Assembly: GCA_016748015.1 (NCBI GenBank)
Contig: JAAOMT010000648.1
Span: 62,001 to 126,000, forward strand
Reading direction: 5' to 3'
Source: Geosiphon pyriformis uo1
Taxonomy: Eukaryota; Fungi; Glomeromycota
DNA length: 64,000 nucleotides
The notes beneath the pieces are model-generated. The model was not told the origin of the DNA. It was given only the letters and a program-made list of their open reading frames with translations, and searched no databases. Of this stretch, positions 26,386 to 40,220 are shown piece by piece. Both the position numbers and the translations under genes were made by a program. Positions within the stretch are counted from its first letter, which is position 1, and each line of letters starts with the position of its first letter.

Positions 26386-28235
26386 TAGGGAAGAGAAGGG
26401 GTTACCATACTACTGCCAAAACCAAAAGAGTCCAATTTATTCAATATTGCCTTAACTGAATTTTCTAGAACCACCAGGTTAGCCTTCAGGCCACCTATTT
26501 TTACAGTTAAAACACAAGAACCACTTGGAGAAATGTCCTAAGAGATGGCAGTGATCACACTAGGCACAGGAGGAACAAACAATAGAGTGTCAACAGTCAT
26601 GTCTAGCACTAGATTATGTTCAGAGGTAGATAAAACAATAAAACTTACTGACAAAACAGTTAGCAACCTATTTAGTTTACACGAAATGTTGGTTATCTGG
26701 TCAGATATATTCTCAAGCAAATGCTTGAGGACACTAACATGTGAAGCCAGAATTGTAGCCACAGACATCAAACTGTCAACTAAACCTATGCTCGAATTGT
26801 TCCCAACAAGCAGTGTAGAATACAAATTTTTAAGGAAGCCACTTACCACAAAAGCCCAAGTCGCATTACCAAAAAAGACTGGATAAGACACAAGAGCTTG
26901 TTTTTTGGCATAGATGAGCACAAGACATCTCTTATCTGAATCTGAACAAAGAAATCTCTTATTTTTGAAACCTGGCCCAAAGTTTTTCTTACCATTGCCA
27001 CATCCAGAAGAAACATGACCAAAACTACTACATGCAATACACTTAAAAAAGGACAGACCAGCCCAGACAAGGTTAATACCCTTAAACACTGGTATAGAAC
27101 AGATGGCAGTCTCTCTGGCAACTTTAGTATCAAAACATATGACAGCACAGTAGACTTATGTATAAGATACTGAGTTCCTAGAAATATAGCAAGTTTTCTC
27201 ACCATATAACTAGACCAGATCTGAGAGATTGTGGGCAGTCATGCTCATTAGCAAAGTATATAGGAAAGTGCAATAGCTGTCCCTTAAATCCCACATTTAT
27301 TTGTTAGTGTTGGCTTTGACAATGTGTACCAAGTCCTTACCTAGCAAGATTGACCATTTGGATACAACCAGGTCAGTGACTTGAGAACTCTCAAACTTTA
27401 TTAATGCTTTCTGCCAAAGGCCAATTAGCTGCATTTTGATTGAAAAATTTTTTCCATACTTGACCAAAGCTGACTCAATTGCTGATTTGAACAGATTGAC
27501 CAGAATCTTTTTGATAACAATTTCTCGATCCAATTATATGCTGATTTTCTTTAGATCAGCGTTAACAACAAGATTTTCAGACACAGCCAACTGTTTAGCC
27601 AAAGTGAAACTGGATTCAGACATTCAAGACACTCTAATAATGTCTGGAAATTTTGATGGAGTCAACGCACCTCTAAAACTGTCAATTTTATAGAATAGCT
27701 TCCTGACACCCTTGAGTTTGTCATACAGAGTACTTCTGGAAACAGTCAACAGACCAATGTTGAGTGCAAAAAATTTGGTTGGTTCAAAGCAAAGTTTCTC
27801 CTTGACAGAAGCAACCAGACGAAGAGGGGATTCTAAAGGAACAGGTAAAAGTAAGTTCATGTTGACATCATCAACAGCAGAGCCAAAATCACAGGGACTT
27901 AAGGATGAAGCCTTTACTGTACCAGAGTTGAAGCATTTAGCCTTTGAGGTGTTGGTACAAGAGTTTAGCAGTCCATTACTCTTGCTGCCAATACTGTAGC
28001 CCAAGTTCTTGTCCATTTTATGCTCTAACTTTTTGTCAAAAGAGGTATCCATGTTCTTGTACCGGCCGAGATTACTTGAAGATACTTTGAAAGACAAATC
28101 AGCTTTGTCATCTGAGTGTTTAACTTTTCCAAGTGAAATCTTTGATTTTTGCCTCAGACTACCACTCACAAAGCTTATAATGACACCTTTGGCCAATTTC
28201 TTCATGAACATAGCATTGACAGTATCAAATGCCAA
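26385..28235 (-). pseudogene. LINE-3 ORF1, disrupted
   Basis: FALNI, IKMQLIGLWQKA, CCHC knuckle CIACSSFGHVSSGC. Confidence 0.85.
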
Positions 28236-29485
28236 AGAGACAATAAAATAATTGGTGAGTTGAAAAATTGTGAAAACCGAGCAAAATAAAAGATAAGAAC
28301 AGATATAAAAAACAGAAAAAACTTCTTCAAAAAATGTGCTATTTTAGGAATTTGAAATGTAGAGGAGAAAGAAGTTTTTTCCAGTATTTTTATAGTATAA
28401 TATAATAGTATTTTGTTTTTAATTTTGAATTTAATTGGTTTATTTAATAACTAACTATTATGTTTTTTTATTGTATTTTAATATTATTAACTGTTTTTTT
28501 GTTTTTTAATGTTTTTATTAAATTATTTATTTATTTTAATAATGTTTTTTAAATGTGATTTTAGTTATTAGTTTAAATATGTTATTATTTTTATTTTTAT
28601 AGATAATATTGCTATTTTACTATATATTAATTTAAATAATATTATTTAAATTATATTTTTTTTATATTTATTTAATAAGTACAATCTAATTATTATTTAA
28701 TATACAAAAACAAATTAAGTAATTTTAATTAAATATGGCTTATGTATTTACTATATATAATTGGTTATTTAGTTATATTTTGTTTATTGTTTAATAAGTA
28801 ACTAATACTAATAATATAAACAAATCTTATTTTTTTGATTTTTTTGGCTGATTTTAGCTAATATTTTATATAATATTTAATTAAATCTTTTAAATAAATT
28901 ATTTATTTGTTAATAATAATTTTTTACTTTAAATCTTTAATTTAATTTAGCTAATATTCTGTTTACAAAGTAAATTTTTTAATTAAATAACAATTTTTTT
29001 GAATTTTTATATTATTATATCAAGTTTTAATAAATAAATTTAATTATTAATTTGGCTTTTTAAATTGTTTTGGTTTTTACTATTTAATAAAATAATTTAT
29101 AATAATAATAATATATTATTTGTTTTTAAATATTATGATTAATAATTTAATTATATTAATTTTAATTTAATTAAATAATTGTTTTATTTTGATAAATTTT
29201 AGTAATTTACTTGGTTTTATTTTTTTTTAATAAATATTGTAATTTTATATATATTAAATTATGTTTAAATATATTATTAACTAATAATACAAATTTTTGG
29301 TTTTTTTAATTGTTAATTTTTAATTAAAATATTTTAATAAAAAAAACTTCTTTCTTTTGTTCATCTACAAATCCCAAAAAAGAGTCTAAAAAGTTTTTTT
29401 AAAAGAAGTTTTTACTATTCAGTACAATATCTCTAAACTGTTTCTGTTCGATTACAAGACCACTGTTGACCCAAATACTGCTGTC

Positions 29486-31279
29486 ATGAAGAAGGCTGCT
29501 AAGAGTTCTAGTTCTGGTAATGGTTTTGAAATAGTCTTGTTGAGAAAGAAAAAAAGGGGAGGTGTTTTGGAAGATGGTTCCAGTGGCAAAAAAATGGCTT
29601 CTAAAGTCCAGAAGAGCTGTTTATGGGGTTCAAAAACTGGGAACACTACTAAGTCTAAGAGTATTAATATGGAAGAGAAGTGTCTGGTGGAGGAAACCAG
29701 CTTTGATTTTGGTGAAGGTGGTGCTCTGGCTGGTGGGAATCATGATCAGACACCCATGAGTTCAAAAGTTAAAACCAAGAAGACATTGGGCAAGCCATTA
29801 GGAAAGATTGATTTCTCAAAGGATGGTAATGGTAATAGTATTCTCTTGAATGCTCCTCTTGAGCTCCTCCCTCTTTTGAAAAACTTGGTCAATATTTCAG
29901 TCAGGAAGTTATTTGCATTAGATATTGGCTTGAATAAGGTGGCCAGCAATTCTTTTCAAGAAAAGCTTGTGGTGGTGAGGAAATTATTTTCTGGAATCAA
30001 TGGTTTTGGAGAGGCATCTACCCCCTCAAAATTCTTAGAGATCATCAGAATGATGTTCACTTCCGAATTGAGTCTAATAAAAGCTACTGATAAGGCTGCA
30101 AATATGAAGATCCTAGTAAACACCAATCTCAAAAAATCATCTGGGCAATCAGATCGGGCTGTGGTCATAAAAAAAATTCCAATTGGAACATTGGCTGAGG
30201 CTGTGCACGCTGCACTATTTGAGTTTGGAGTTATTAAGGTGATTAAGATACAGTTAATTGGGCTGTGGCAGAAGGCAGTGGTAGAATTTGAGCAACTGGA
30301 TCAGGCTGATTTGGTCACAGCTGAGTGGTCCATTCTAATTAGGAAAAATGCTATATGTGTGGCCAGGGCTAATTCAGACAAAGAGGCATGGGATGCAAGA
30401 GATTGACATAAGGCGCTGCTCTACACATTGCCAATGGGGACTAATGCTCATGATATCTGAGATTTTGTTAAATCTGTGGGTGAGAAAACGTGTGTCATTG
30501 ATCGTCATTCTATTATGTATATTCAGGCCAGATGTGCTGTTGTTTGCTTCAACTCTGCTGAATCATTAGATGCTGCTGTGGGAACCACGCCAGTATTTAG
30601 AAACACCAATCTCCACTGGTCTCGTCTCATCTCTGCTAAATGCACCAAGTGTGAAAAGTTGGGTCATACATCATTGGGTTGTGTAATTGGTGGAAAGTTT
30701 TCTTCTGGTAATTCGCTGCGTAGAGCATTCTCAGACATGGATAAAAGCAGGCTGGTGGCCATTTATGCCAAATGCTCAGCTCCAGTTGCTTGTCTGGTCT
30801 CTTTTGGTGGTCTCTCTTGGGCAAAAGTTGCTCGCAGGTCTTCTTCGCTCCACCTTTCTAGTCAGAAGGTTTTGGTAGACAATGGCTCCTCTTTGGAGAT
30901 GAAGCCATCCCTGCCGGTTACAATGGAGATCAACAATAGATTTGCCACTCTTGAGCACAGTCTCATCTGCCTCGCGGAGCAAGTTGGTAAGCTGGTTAAG
31001 AGATTGAATGCACTTAGGCCAATAGTTTTCCAGCCTAGCTCTGGATGTTAGCCATTGGTGACCCCTTCATCACAGGATCAAGGGGCAGATGTAGTGATGA
31101 ATGGGGGCTCGGGTGTGTCCACTAGTGGTGGGACTGTTGTGGAAGTGATGTTTTTTGATATGTCTTCAGTGTCTAAGCTAGAAAACAGCATGAGGTGTCT
31201 AATGAAAATAGTTCTGGGCCTTTCAGCCAAAGTGGATAGTATAGGTGCATGTTCGGTGTCTCTACCCCTCATTCAATAA
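29486..31279 (+). pseudogene. LINE-4 ORF1, few stops
   Basis: 306, 191 and 74 aa fragments in one frame; CCHC CTKCEKLGHTSLGC. Confidence 0.9.
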
Positions 31280-33534
31280 GCAGTTTGGTTTGGAAAGTTG
31301 CTATGTGCAACGTTAGAGGCATGAACAATCCTGCTAAGCAAGAGGATGTTATTAGGTGGTATAAGGAAATGAACAATTTGGTCTCTATCATTACTGAAAT
31401 GAAATTAAGAAGTAAGATTCATCTGTAGATTGTAGATAGATTTGATGGTGTCTGAGTGTTCACTTCTGGTTCAGACTCTGGTCACTTGGGTGTGGGTGTT
31501 GTTGTTATCATGAATGTTTTTTTGGCTTATTATGTGTGCAAGATTTCTGAGGTGCCTGGTTGGCTTCTGTCTGTTAAATTACTTTTCAAGAATAAACTTT
31601 CTGTGTCGATTCTGGGGCTTTATGCTGGTGCTTTTCTGGCAGTTCGGTTCTCTCAAGCTGGTGAGATTAACTTTCTCATTGCAAAGACTGTCAATGAATC
31701 TTCTTTCATTGTTCTTGGTGGTGATTTCAATGAAGATGGTTTTCGTAAATGTGCAAGTTTTAGGAAGTGCCTTGATTTGGGTCTGGCAAATTCTTTGGTA
31801 GGAAGCCCGGCTGTGAAATTGCCTACTTGGGCAAACTCTAGGGGTGTTAAGAAAATGATTGACTATGTGTTAGTTTCTTCAAATTTGGTTAATGTAATAG
31901 TACACCACAGTGTCTCAGATGTTGATGAACATTTCGAAACAGACCATTAGGCTGTTTCCATGTCTTTGGGTTTAGGTGGTTTATTGGATGTGCAATTGAA
32001 CTCTCTTCGCAAACAGGTAAATAGAGATCGTTGGAAGTTTAATTTTAAGAGTGCTGATGATGCGAAATAGAACAAGTTCAAGGGTGCTACGGCAGCTAAT
32101 GCCACCATGTTCTCTGATGATTTTATTGCCTCTCAGCAATTCTCAAATTTGAATGTGATGTGGGACATTGTTCGCAAGATAATGGTTCTTTCAGCTGATG
32201 AGGTGTTCAAGAAAAAATGGTTTAAGGACTATGATGGTGTTTTCACTAAGGAATCATCCAAATTTCTTAAGTTAGAACTTTTGATATCAAAGCTGGTTAA
32301 AGCTTCTCAGTCAATTTGTCATGACAAATTCATTTCACTGTTGGAAGTCTGGGGTTTTCTTGATAATGATAACGCTTTTGTGGTCAGGTCTCTCTTTCTC
32401 TCTGGCTCTCCTCTTGATACTGTTTGGTCAGCTCTTTTCAAGATCAGAAAAACTTATCACTCACTTAAAATGGCAGAATCGAAGCATGTAGAGGAATCTC
32501 AAATCAAATCAGCAATCTATAAGAGGATGGAAAGTTTCAAGCTGAACAAAGGTCACACTATTCGGAGCATTCTGAAATGCTCTTTTTATAAGGTTGTCTT
32601 GGATCACTTAGTTGTGAATGATAAGCTGGTTATAAAACCTGGTCATGTGAGATTAAGAATGGATGAAATCATGGAAGGATGGACTAGGAAGCGTAGGGTG
32701 GTTTCCGATGTCCCTGATGTGTGGCACTGTCAATATCAGCCATTGGATTATGTTTTTGATGAGGCTTTTTCTGGTGTAATACAGCCAATTGAGTTTTTGG
32801 AATTGATTGGCGTGGTTTCTGATTTGCCTGTTGGCAAGACTGCTGGTCTTTTGGGTATTTCAAATGAGCTGTGGATGCATAATGATAGGTCTGTTCTGGA
32901 TATGCTCTTGGTGCTTCTGAATTCTTGTCTGTCTTATGAATCTGTGCCTGGTCCTTGGAGGGAAGCTTGGATTTCGATGATCTCTAAATCATATGAATAG
33001 GAAGGTGTTCTCATAAATACCAGACCTATAGCCTTGATTGAGACAGCTCACAAGATCCTCTCCAAGATTCTTTCTGACAGGATATCGCTGGTGTGCAGTG
33101 CTCATAATGTTCTTCGTGGAGATAATTTTTCAGTTTTGAAGGGTACGACTACCCAAACTCCTATTTTTGCTATTGGTTTGGTTGTTAAGGATGCTTTGGA
33201 GAAGAACTGGGAGCTCTGGCTGGTGCTGCAGAATATGCAAAAAGCGTATGACTCTGTTGGATGTGAGCATCTTGAAAAGTGTTTAGTCAGGATCAAAATG
33301 TGTAGCAAGTTTATTCATTTTTTCGGTAATATTCATAGAAATTGGACCAATTGGGTTATGACAGATTTTGGTTTAACTGATGGTTATAATGTACATGATG
33401 GGTTGGACTAAGGAGAAGTTTTTTCTCCTCTTCTTTGGTGCATATTTTATGATCCTCTTTTGTGTGAGGTCAAGTGTCAAGAGAATGTGTATGTGTATAA
33501 ACTCAATTCTCATTTTGTTTCTAGGAATGATCAC

Positions 33535-34400
33535 TGTTACAGTTTAAGAATTTAGCAAAAAGAATCATAAAAATAATACAAACTATTCAATCATAATATA
33601 GCACAGTAATAATCTTAGAAAGGTAATGATTAACATAGTAGCAAACACCATCTCGCGATAGTGACAAGCACCAGTTCACAATAGCAGCCAACACCAACTG
33701 GTGATAGCAGCAAGCACCAGGTTGAAATATCAAAAAGAAAGTATTTTCTCGTAGAACTACAAACATGTATATATACAGTAGTTTTAATATTGGGAAAGGA
33801 AAAATCAAGTAATAAAAATCATAACTTATCAAGCAATAAATCCAATTTTATCCAACAAACTCCACTTTAAATCATACTTTCAAATTAAATATCCCAAGAA
33901 ACCTTTAAAATCAAAAAAAAATGAAAAAAAATATTTAAAACTGAACTATCACAACCCAAAGTATTAAGAAACTTACTTGTATTATTTATTGAATGAAACT
34001 ATCATTCATCAACTGAAACCCTTGGAAGAATAATCCTTGATCAAGATTATTCACGTTGTTACTAATTGATAAAAGCTTTATTGTGAGAATTAAAAAAGCG
34101 CTAAAGACCATTAATATTCTGTGTTTCTAGATTAGAGAAACACATCAGGCAATTGCAAAGATAGCCTCAGAGAAGACCCCAGACAGTGGGTAGATTTCAG
34201 TTCAGCCTCTGAGAAGGAGTACATAAACACACACAACAATCAAGAATTAAAGAATAACTTACATTGCAACAGTAAAAAGAAAGCCTTCAGTGTAATAGTA
34301 ACATTATCACACAAATAGAATTGAGGAACTCACGAAAGACTGATTGCAATTAAAGCGGGATATTAGCAATTAAATATAACAAGAAAACCATCCCGTAATA
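33535..34400 (+). repeat. Element A 5' LTR (866 bp), TGTTAC...GTAATA
   Basis: Direct repeat of 40589-41400. Confidence 0.97.
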
Positions 34401-34402
34401 TT

Positions 34403-34418
34403 TGGTAAACCCTACGAG
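34403..34418 (+). promoter_or_regulatory. Primer-binding site of A (TGGTAAACCCTACGAG); cognate tRNA not identified
   Basis: TGG lies 2 nt after the LTR; aligns with the PBS of B (TGGTGCTCCCTATAAG). Confidence 0.75.
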
Positions 34419-34482
34419 AAAAAAAAATCAAAAAGGAAATAATAATTAGCAATAATTCATTGCTAAAAAGGAAAAGACAAAA

Positions 34483-37400
34483 GTGGCAACAAAAACCCCT
34501 AATCTTACTGTTCTTGAATTCTGCCATGCTATTTACACACAAAATCAAAGTGATCTTGGATTACCAGAAGGGTGTTGTCCAGCAGAATCTGCCCTCACTT
34601 ATTATATCAATGCCAGAATAAATTATCATATAGGAAAGGAAGAAGAACCACACGACGCAAAACTTGGATTGTATAGAGAATTATCACAATACACTACAAA
34701 AAAAGTAGCAGTAATAGCCGCAACTATTGTCAAAATCCATCGAGAAATTGAGCAATACGCCAACGAAAATTTTCCAATATCCACAGGAAACATTAGGGAA
34801 CGTGCCAACAAAACCAAAGAAAATTTAGAAACTAATCAGGAAAGTAACCAGCAAAAACTAGAAACACCAGCTCAAATGCCAAAGAAAACTGTCACTCAAT
34901 CAATAAAGAAACAACGTATTTATTCACCAGAAGATAAATCATACCATTTTTCACCAGAAAATAAGATACAAATTCCATTAGGAGCTGCATCATCATCAAC
35001 ATCAACTCCACAAATGCCAAGAACTCCTAGTTATATTGATAAAATTAAACAACGTAACTGGGGAGACATACCAATTACAGGAGGATATTTATCACTATTC
35101 CAAAACCCTCTTTTTCAGCCAAAATTTAGAACGGGGTTTGAAAACCGTGAAGAGAAGTCTGAATCAGAATCCAAAAAAGAGACCAGCGAAAAAACAATCA
35201 CAAGACCAGTCACTGGAACAAGCAACCAGTCCAGAAACCAAGAAACTCGTGATCAAGAGGAAGAACCGGATATAAGGGAAGCCACCTTTAGGAATGCTCA
35301 AGGAAATATCATCCCACCTTCTCTTAGACCAATAAACCCACCAGCAGAAAACGGCAACGAAATGACCACACCATACATTGCAAGACTAACAGATTTCTCA
35401 GGAGAGGAAGAAGAAACGGACGTGCACACATGGCTCAGAGAAGCACAAAAAGCCATCCAGGCAAATAACTGGAATGACCAAAGAGCAATTCAAACATTAC
35501 CTTTCTTCCTGAAAGACACAGCCAACTCGTGGTATTAAAGCCTGGAAACAAAACCCACGAGCTTCGCCGAATTTAAAAATACACTCCTGGAGTATTTTAG
35601 CGACCCAAATGCCGTAATCCAACTACAGAACGAATTCAATACTATCAAGCAAAATACTGGTGAAACTGTCACCCAATACCTTGCTCAATTCAATCGAATT
35701 CGCCGTCAGATTGAAGCGATTGAACAAGGATACTACACTGATCCTCAGGTTTTAAATCAGTTTATTAGAGGATTAAAAAGCAGCATTTTAGGAAGAGTAC
35801 GCCCTGCCCACCTTAATTCCTTACCAGAAGCCGTTACGCTTGCCAGAGCCCTTGAATCGGCTGAGAAAGAAGCTAACCATAGTCAAATAGTTAACATGGT
35901 AATGGAAGAAAATAAGACAGAAACATTAGAGAAAAGAGTAACGCGATTAGGGGAGGAACTCTCTAAGAAAATAGAAAGTTACCTCATCCTGGATCTGAGA
36001 AAAAATACATACCAACCACCCCAAAGATGCAGCCAGGAAGTCAGCGACAGTCGAAATAATCGCTCGTTACGCCAGGAATTCAGAACAGAAACACATGCCT
36101 GCCATTTTTGCAAACGCGTAGGACATTTGATTAGTCAATGTCGAACGCAAATGATGCAGGAAGCATGTGAAAATAATTACTACACGCCACCCCAAATGCC
36201 CAGAAACCAGTACACGCCAATACCACACCAATATCCCACCACGTATCAAAATCAAGGAACTTACCAGCAACAGCCCATGATAGCCAACCTGAATTGGCGT
36301 CCCGAGGCCCGAAATCAGCCCATGTAGAACCAGAATGCGTTGGTCCAGAGGAATCCAAACCATGCCGGAACCAATCAGCAAACCAATCCAAACTACCAAA
36401 ATTATCAACAAACTTACCTTAATATACCGGAAAACCTGATCATCGGAAACAATGACGGTAGAAACATAAACAGAACCAAGAATTCCTCCAAATTGAGCCA
36501 GACAATATCACCAGCAGTTGCCACCGAAGATAGCAGCCTCGCAGCTATTTTTCCTTTTGAATTAGAGGAAAACGAGGCTATGTTCAGTGGAGCAGCATTG
36601 GACGAAAAACGCCTAATCACTGCTATGTATACGGAAGCCACTGTAAACAATACCCCAATCAAACTTATCTTAGACAGCAGATCCGCTGGAAGCATCGTAA
36701 CGCTTCAACTAGTAAACCAACTGGGTTTCAAAGTTGATCGTGCCGCGATGTCCCAAATCATAACAGCCGATGGAAGTACAAAGCTGCTTTATGGCGAAAT
36801 CGACTTATTCCCTTTCGAAATTAACGGCATAGTAATACCTACAAAAGTATTAGTAATGGACGCTACACAATATCAAGCGTTAGTAGGAAATGACTGGCTA
36901 ACAAAAGCCAACGCCACCCTAGACTGGACCACCCAAGAGCTTCTGATCAATTATAATGGCCACCAGGCCAAAATTCCAGCCACCTGTGGCCACTTCCAAA
37001 AACCCAGCGCCAACCAAAGACTTACTTTCGAATTTGAGAAAAATCCAGTACTACCAGCCATCGAAACCTATCAGCTCTCTTGGGCTGATGACCAAAGAAC
37101 AGGACTACCAGCCATACCAACGTGGACCAGCGAAGAAAGATCCGAATGGAACCAGGTAAGTTCATGAAGAAACCACCAGCAACGCAGACCAAAGCTAGAA
37201 TGCTCGGTTTGCAAGAAGAAACTCTCGTCTATGACTGCGTGCAGTGCACCGGACGAAGACCCAAGAAACCCCACCCACTACTATTGTAACCGTTGTAACA
37301 AAGAAAAATACGGTTACCCAGAAAGACACAGAAAATGGGACGAGGAACCGTGCCTCGCTTGTGGAGAACCGTTATCAAGAGGGTGTGACTGGAACGACTT

Positions 37401-40191
37401 ACCAGGCAGAGGAGGAACATGTGACGCAACTTGCCAATACACGATCCTCATCTGTGACTGGGTAAGAAGAGGAATGCCGTTCGAAGCAGCATTCAACAGA
37501 GCATTAAAAAGACTACAGCACTACCCACACGACGAGGACGAGTTGTACAACATCGCACAAGCCAAAGTAAGAGGAGGAACCGCCGAAGAAATACGATGTT
37601 GGAAAGAGTCAGCCGAAGTAGCCGACGAAGTCGCCAGCTACAACATGTTCGACCCAGTGGATGAATTCCAGGACTACTACCAACAACTATGCCCCACTTG
37701 ACAAGAACAAGAACAATACCTCGCCCAAATCAACACTTACTTCTGCGAAAACTGTCTCATCCCGTGCCAAAGTCAGTGCTGTGAAGAGTGTCAAGACAAA
37801 AGGGACTTAGAAAGAAAAATGGAAATTGAGAATCAGCAGTCTTAAAATCAATCAATAAATCAACAAGACTCACTTGACGGTCCCGAGTCAGAAAAATTTG
37901 TAGCCTATACCGACCTAGAACAGGTGACCGACATCCAATACTTCGACAACGGGCACTTAGGAATAATACCCAAAAGAGCCTATCCAACCAACGCTGAATT
38001 CGATCTACGTTATCCAGAAGACCAATCCACAACGTTACCACCCAAGAGCATCACCAAAATCGACCTAAAAATAGTGGTTGAAATTCCGCCAGGAATAATG
38101 GTTCAAATGGCGTTGCAATCAAGCCTCGCGAAAAAAGGAATAAGCGTTCAAGGAGGAGTAATTGACTCCGGATACACTGGAAATTTGATGGTTTTGCTAC
38201 AGAACAATTCAGAAAAGCCTTATACCATTGAATTTAAAGAAAAGATTGCACAAGCAATTTTCCTACCATTGGTAAAAATTGGGAAATTCGTGCCAGTGGA
38301 AAATCGTGAGAAATTGTCACAAACAACAAGAGGAACTTTTGGTTTCGGATCGACAGGAAAAGGAATTGAAGCAAATTTTACTGAAACAATAGAGAAAAAA
38401 AGCGAAGTAATTAAAAATGAGCGGTCCATTATGCTTCTACCATATGGAAAATCAGAAATAAGAATAAAAAGGACAATTAAAGAAAAAAACCTAATATTTG
38501 AGCCCTACTCAGAAACCTGCCAACAGTTTCTTATAGGACTTACTAACCTTTTTATTCCAGCTGATAAAGCTCAATGGATAAAAATTCTTATCGCAAACAC
38601 CACAGAAGAACCCGTTTACATTCCGGAAGATACCATCATGGGATACCTTGGAACGGAGCTAGAAAATGTGTCAACACCACAAGAAATTCTAAATTTCCCA
38701 GAAATTGCCCTCTACTGTAAACTTACTTCAATAAATTGGCAACAACCGGTAGAATGCTATCAATTTACGCCAGAAAAATTGGCCAAATTAAACATTGGAA
38801 CAATGGATCCTGACCAACAGCGACAATTAAAAGCATTAATTTTAAAATACTCTGATATATTTTCAAGAAATGGCGAATTTGGAAGAACCAACTTGGTTCA
38901 ACACCAAATCCCCACTGGAGACGCCAGACCTGAAAAACAACGCGCTTACCGTGTCTCACCAATGGAGCATAATTTTATCAGAGAAGAAGTCCAAAGCATG
39001 TTGGAAAAAGGAATAATACAACCATCAATAAGCCCATAGTCCTCACCAGTTGTTTTAGTAAGGAAAAAGAACGGAAAAATTAGATTTTGCGTCGACTATC
39101 GCAAACTAAACAGCAAAACAACCAAAGACTCATACCCAATACCGTTAATTGACGAAATCTTCGACGTTTTTGGAGGAGCAAAATGGTTTTCTACACTGGA
39201 CTTGACCAGTGAGTACTGGCAAGTAGAAATGGACCCAAAGGACAGGCATAAAACAGCATTCACAACACAAAATGGCAATTATGAATTCAATATAATGCCA
39301 TTTGGATTAACAAACACTCTTGTGACATTCCAAAGACTAATGGACGTAATTTACTCCGGAATCCTGTGGCAATCCATTGTTGTCTACTTGGATGATACAA
39401 ATGTTTTCTCGTCAAAATTCACGGATCATCTCCAACATTTACAACAAGTTTTTGAGAGATTGAGACACGCTGGACTTAAACTAAATCTAGAAAAATGTTT
39501 CTTTGGGAAAAATGAGCTAGCATTTTTAGGACACGTAGTTGGAAAAGATGGAGTAAAACCAGATCCATCAAAAATAGACAAAGTGAAAAATTTTCCAGTA
39601 CCTCGAAACGTTTCAGAAGTTAGAAGCTTTTTAGGACTCGCATCTTACTACCGCCGCTTTGTAGAAAACTTTTCAAACATTGCCAAACCCCTTAATTACC
39701 TACTATCTAAAAATGTGAAGTTTGAATGGACTGAAGCACAACAAAAAGCTTTTGAGTACCTTAGACAAAAGCTCATTGAATCACCAATAATGATCTATTC
39801 AAATTTCAACAAGAAATTCATTTTGGCCACAGATGCCTCTGGAACTGGACTTGGAGCCATTCTGTCACAAAAAAATGATAATGGAAAAGAACGTGTAATT
39901 GCTTATGCCAGCAGAAGTCTCAGTACGGCAGAACAAAACTACGTAGCACATGAACTTGAATGCTTAGCAGTAGTCTGGAGTTGTGTTCACTTTGACACAT
40001 ATTTACGGTACCAACCCTTTGAGATTATGACAGATTATAGAGGTCTGGTCTGGTTAAATAACAAGAAAATGCTAAAAGGAAAATACGCCAGATGGTCACA
40101 AACGTTAGCACCATACGATTATATTATCAAATACAAAGAAGATACCAAAAATGCTAATGCCGACTGTTTGTCAAGAATGAGACACACATAA
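34483..40191 (+). pseudogene. Element A gag-pol in a single frame: capsid, CCHC, aspartic protease, Cys-rich domain, dUTPase, RT, RNase H; point-mutation stops only
   Basis: ORF pieces starting at 34483, 35896, 36340, 37231, 37924 and 39202 share one frame; CHFCKRVGHLISQC; LILDSRS; MPFGL, YLDD; TDAS, HELE, NANADCLSR. Confidence 0.95.
37950..38360 (+). other. dUTPase domain within element A pol
   Basis: Trimeric dUTPase motifs: AEFDL, (R)SSLA, GVIDSGYTG, KIAQAI, RGTFGFGSTG. Confidence 0.92.
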
Positions 40192-40220
40192 AAATCACCA
40201 ACCCACCCGCCACAACAACA

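Larger units (their letters stand above)
21570..28380 (-). mobile_element. LINE-3: full-length non-LTR retrotransposon, degenerate
   Basis: 3' UTR motif at 21590-21700; 5' motif at 28380; ORF1 and ORF2 fragments; TSD not resolved. Confidence 0.93.

Noticed and set aside
33743-33753. 11-nt complement (TTTTCTCGTAG) of the A PBS region inside the LTR, suggesting Tf1-like self-priming
   Set aside because: The PBS starts with tRNA-type TGG, the match covers only the distal and poly-A part, and B has no equivalent.
33587-33832. 81-aa antisense ORF present twice (also 40641-40886); likewise 47087-47368 / 57241-57522
   Set aside because: These are duplicated only because they lie inside LTRs; no motif support.
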